A DNA stretch of 64,000 nt from Hypanus sabinus (taxonomy: Eukaryota), in NCBI RefSeq assembly GCF_030144855.1, contig NC_082712.1:12896001-12960000 (forward strand). Reading direction: 5' to 3'. Position 1 is the stretch's first letter. Each line of letters starts with the position of its first letter. Made by a program: the position numbers and the translations under genes. The notes under the pieces are model-generated. The model saw nothing but the letters and a program-made list of their open reading frames with translations. It did no database searches and had not been told where the DNA came from. Below are positions 61,560 through 64,000 of the stretch, piece after piece.

Positions 61560-62040
61560 TTCAGCATAATCATCGTCTCAGACAGCCACCAGGGGATCCA
61601 GTTCCACCCCCAGAACAGAACCAGCCTTCCTGGCAAGCTTATCAATCTTCTAAGCATCAGCTGCTCTCACCCTGCTGCCCCAGCGACCACAATGCAGAGT
61701 AGAATGCTGGCCACCACTGAGTTCTAGAAGATCTGCAGCAGAGTACTGTAGATGTTGAATGACTGGAGCCTCCTCGGGAAGTATAGTCGGCTCTGTCCCT
61801 TCTTGTACTGAGCTACTGTAGTTTTAGTCCAGTCCAGTTTATTGTCCATGTGAGTTCCCAGGAATCTGTAGTCTTGGACGACCTCCACACCTGTTCCCCT
61901 GATGGAGATGGGAATGCAGGGTGCTTTCACCTTCCTAAACTCCACCACCAACTCGTTTGTCTTGGTGATGTTGAGCTGCAGGTGATCCAGCCCACACCAC
62001 TCAACAAAGTTGTCCACCATTCCTCTGTACTCAGCCTCTT
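61560..62040 (-). mobile_element. Rex1/Babar-type LINE fragment
   Basis: LNITKTNELVVEF, GTHMDNKLDW and QSRLYF motifs. Confidence 0.75.
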
Positions 62041-64000
62041 GCCCTCTCTTTTGCTTTTACATTCGCTTTGACTTCCCTGGTCAACCACAATTGTATATTT
62101 TGCCATTTGAGATTTGCTTTGTTTTTGGAATGCATCTACCCTGCACCTTCCTCACTTTGCACTGAAACTCATGTCATTGTTGCTCTGCTGTCATCCCTGC
62201 CAGCTTCTCCTTCCAATTTACTTTGGCTAACTTCTCTCTCATACCACAATAATTTCCTTTACACCACTGAAATACTGCTACATCAGACTTTACTTTCTCC
62301 CTCTCAGATTTCAAGATGAACTCTCAATCATATTGTGATCACTGTTTCCTCAGGGTTCTTTTACCTTAAGCTCCCTAATCACCTCCAGTTCATTAAATAA
62401 CACCCAATCCAGTAGAGCTGATTCTCTAGTCGGCTCAATGACAAACTGCTCTAAAAAGCCATCACTCAGGTATTCAACAAACTCACTCTCTTGAGATCCA
62501 TTACCAAACAGATTTTCCCGATTGACCTGCATGTTAAAATCTCCCATGACTATCATAAAATGGCCTTTTGACATGCTTTTTCTTTCTTCTTTTGTAATCT
62601 GTATTCCAAATTCCAACTACTGTTTGGAGGCCTGTATTTAACTGCCATCAGGGTCCTTTTACCTTTGCAGTTTCATAACTAAAGCCACAAGGACTCAATG
62701 TCTTCTGAACCAATGTCACATCTTACAACCATATAACCATATAACAATTACAGCATAGAAACAGGCCATCTCAGCCTGTCTAGTCCTTGCTGAATGTTAC
62801 TCTCACCTTGTCCCATTGACCTGCACTCAGCCCATAACCCTCCATTCCTTTCCTGTCCATATACCTGTCCCATTGTACTTTAAATGACAATATTGAACCT
62901 GCCTCTACCTCTTCTACTGGAAGCTCACACAGCTACCACTCAATGAATAAAGAAGTTCCTCCTCGTGTTACCCCTAAACGTTTGCCCACTAACTCTCAGC
63001 TCATGTCCTCTTGTTTGAGTCTCCCCTACTCTCAATGGAAAAAGCCTATCCACGTCAACTCTATCTATCCCTCTCATAATTTTAAATACCTCTGTCAAGA
63101 CCCCCCTCAATCTTCTATGCTCCAAAGAATAAAGACCTAACTTGTTCAACCTTTCTCTGTATCTTAGGTGCTGAAACCCAGGCAACATTCTAGTAAATCT
63201 TCTTTGTACTTTCTCTATTTTGTTGACATCTTTCCTATAATTTGGTGACCAGAACTGTACACAGTACTCCAAATTTGGCCTTACCAATGCCTTGTACAAT
63301 TTTAACATTACATCCCAACTCCTATACTCAATGCTCTGATTTATAAAGGCCAGCATATCAAAAGCTTTCTTCACCACCCTATCCACATGAGATTCCACCT
63401 TCAGGGAACTATGCACCATTATTCCTGGATCACTCTATTCTACTGCATTCTTCAATGCCCTACCATTTACCATGTATGTCCTATTTTGACCTGTCCTACA
63501 AAAATGTAGAACCTCACACTTATCAGCATTAAACACCATCTGCCATCTTTCAGCCTTCTCTTCTAATTAGCCTAAATCTATCTGCAAGCTTTGAAAACCT
63601 ACTTCATTATCCACAACACCACCTATCTTAGTATCATCTGCATACTTACTAATCCAATTTACCACCCCATCATCCAGATCATTAATGTAGATGACAAACA
63701 ACATTGGACCCTGTACAGATCGCTGAGGCACACCACTAGTCACCGGCCTCCAACCTGACAAACAGTTATCCACCACTACTCTCTGGCATCTCCCATCCAG
63801 CCACTGTTGAATCCACTTTACTACTTCAATATTAATACCGACTGATTGAACCTTCCTAACTAACTTTCCGTGTGGAATCTTGTCAAAGGCCTTACTGAAG
63901 TCCATATAGACAACATCCACTGCTTTACCCTCGTCAACTTTCTTAGTAACCTCTTCAAAAAATTCAATAAGATTTGTCAAACATGACCTTCCACGCACAA
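62040..64000 (-). mobile_element. Two CR1 fragments (about 62040-62715 EN region; about 62716-64000 RT and 3' end)
   Basis: VMGDFN...EPTRESALLDWV; VYMDFSKAFDKIPH, KYADDTK and RPNLEYCVQFW; (accatata)n tail. Confidence 0.85.

Larger units (their letters stand above)
54680..61575 (-). repeat. Duplication copy U4, inverted paralog of U1, with lineage-specific insertions and deletions
   Basis: Reverse-complement homology to 18526-25560. Lacks the TRIM and X part 1; gains about 56.8-59.3 kb. Confidence 0.9.

Overview
Vertebrate genomic DNA that is mostly repeats. The repeat families (CR1, Rex1/Babar, L1/Tx1-like, Penelope, V-SINE-like, a 52-bp satellite) suggest a cartilaginous fish, probably a ray or shark; this is inference. 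The one clearly intact host gene is a minus-strand SIGLEC15-like gene: a V-set exon at 1706-2089 with four conserved Cys and the sialic-acid-binding Arg, and a probable signal-peptide exon at 14236-14296 below ETS/PU.1 motifs. Its later exons are not visible in the window. From about 18.5 to 61.6 kb the window is a nested inverted and tandem duplication. A composite unit occurs four times (U1 about 18.5-32.4 kb +, U2 32.6-33.95 kb +, U3 44.7-46.0 kb +, U4 54.2-61.6 kb inverted). It carries a 30-31-bp strand-skewed minisatellite (about 6.9 kb in U1) next to a conserved splice acceptor. After removing TSD-bounded insertions (a solo LTR holding a miniature Gypsy element, and a CR1 fragment), the unit appears to hold decayed Ig-constant-like exons and a short hydrophobic terminal exon; this call is tentative. 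The region also contains two ERV remnants, a full-length but inactivated hAT transposon with a perfect 8-bp TSD, Penelope-derived hammerhead-like motifs and two assembly gaps. All alignments and identity figures were judged by eye. Most mobile-element boundaries are approximate unless a TSD is quoted.
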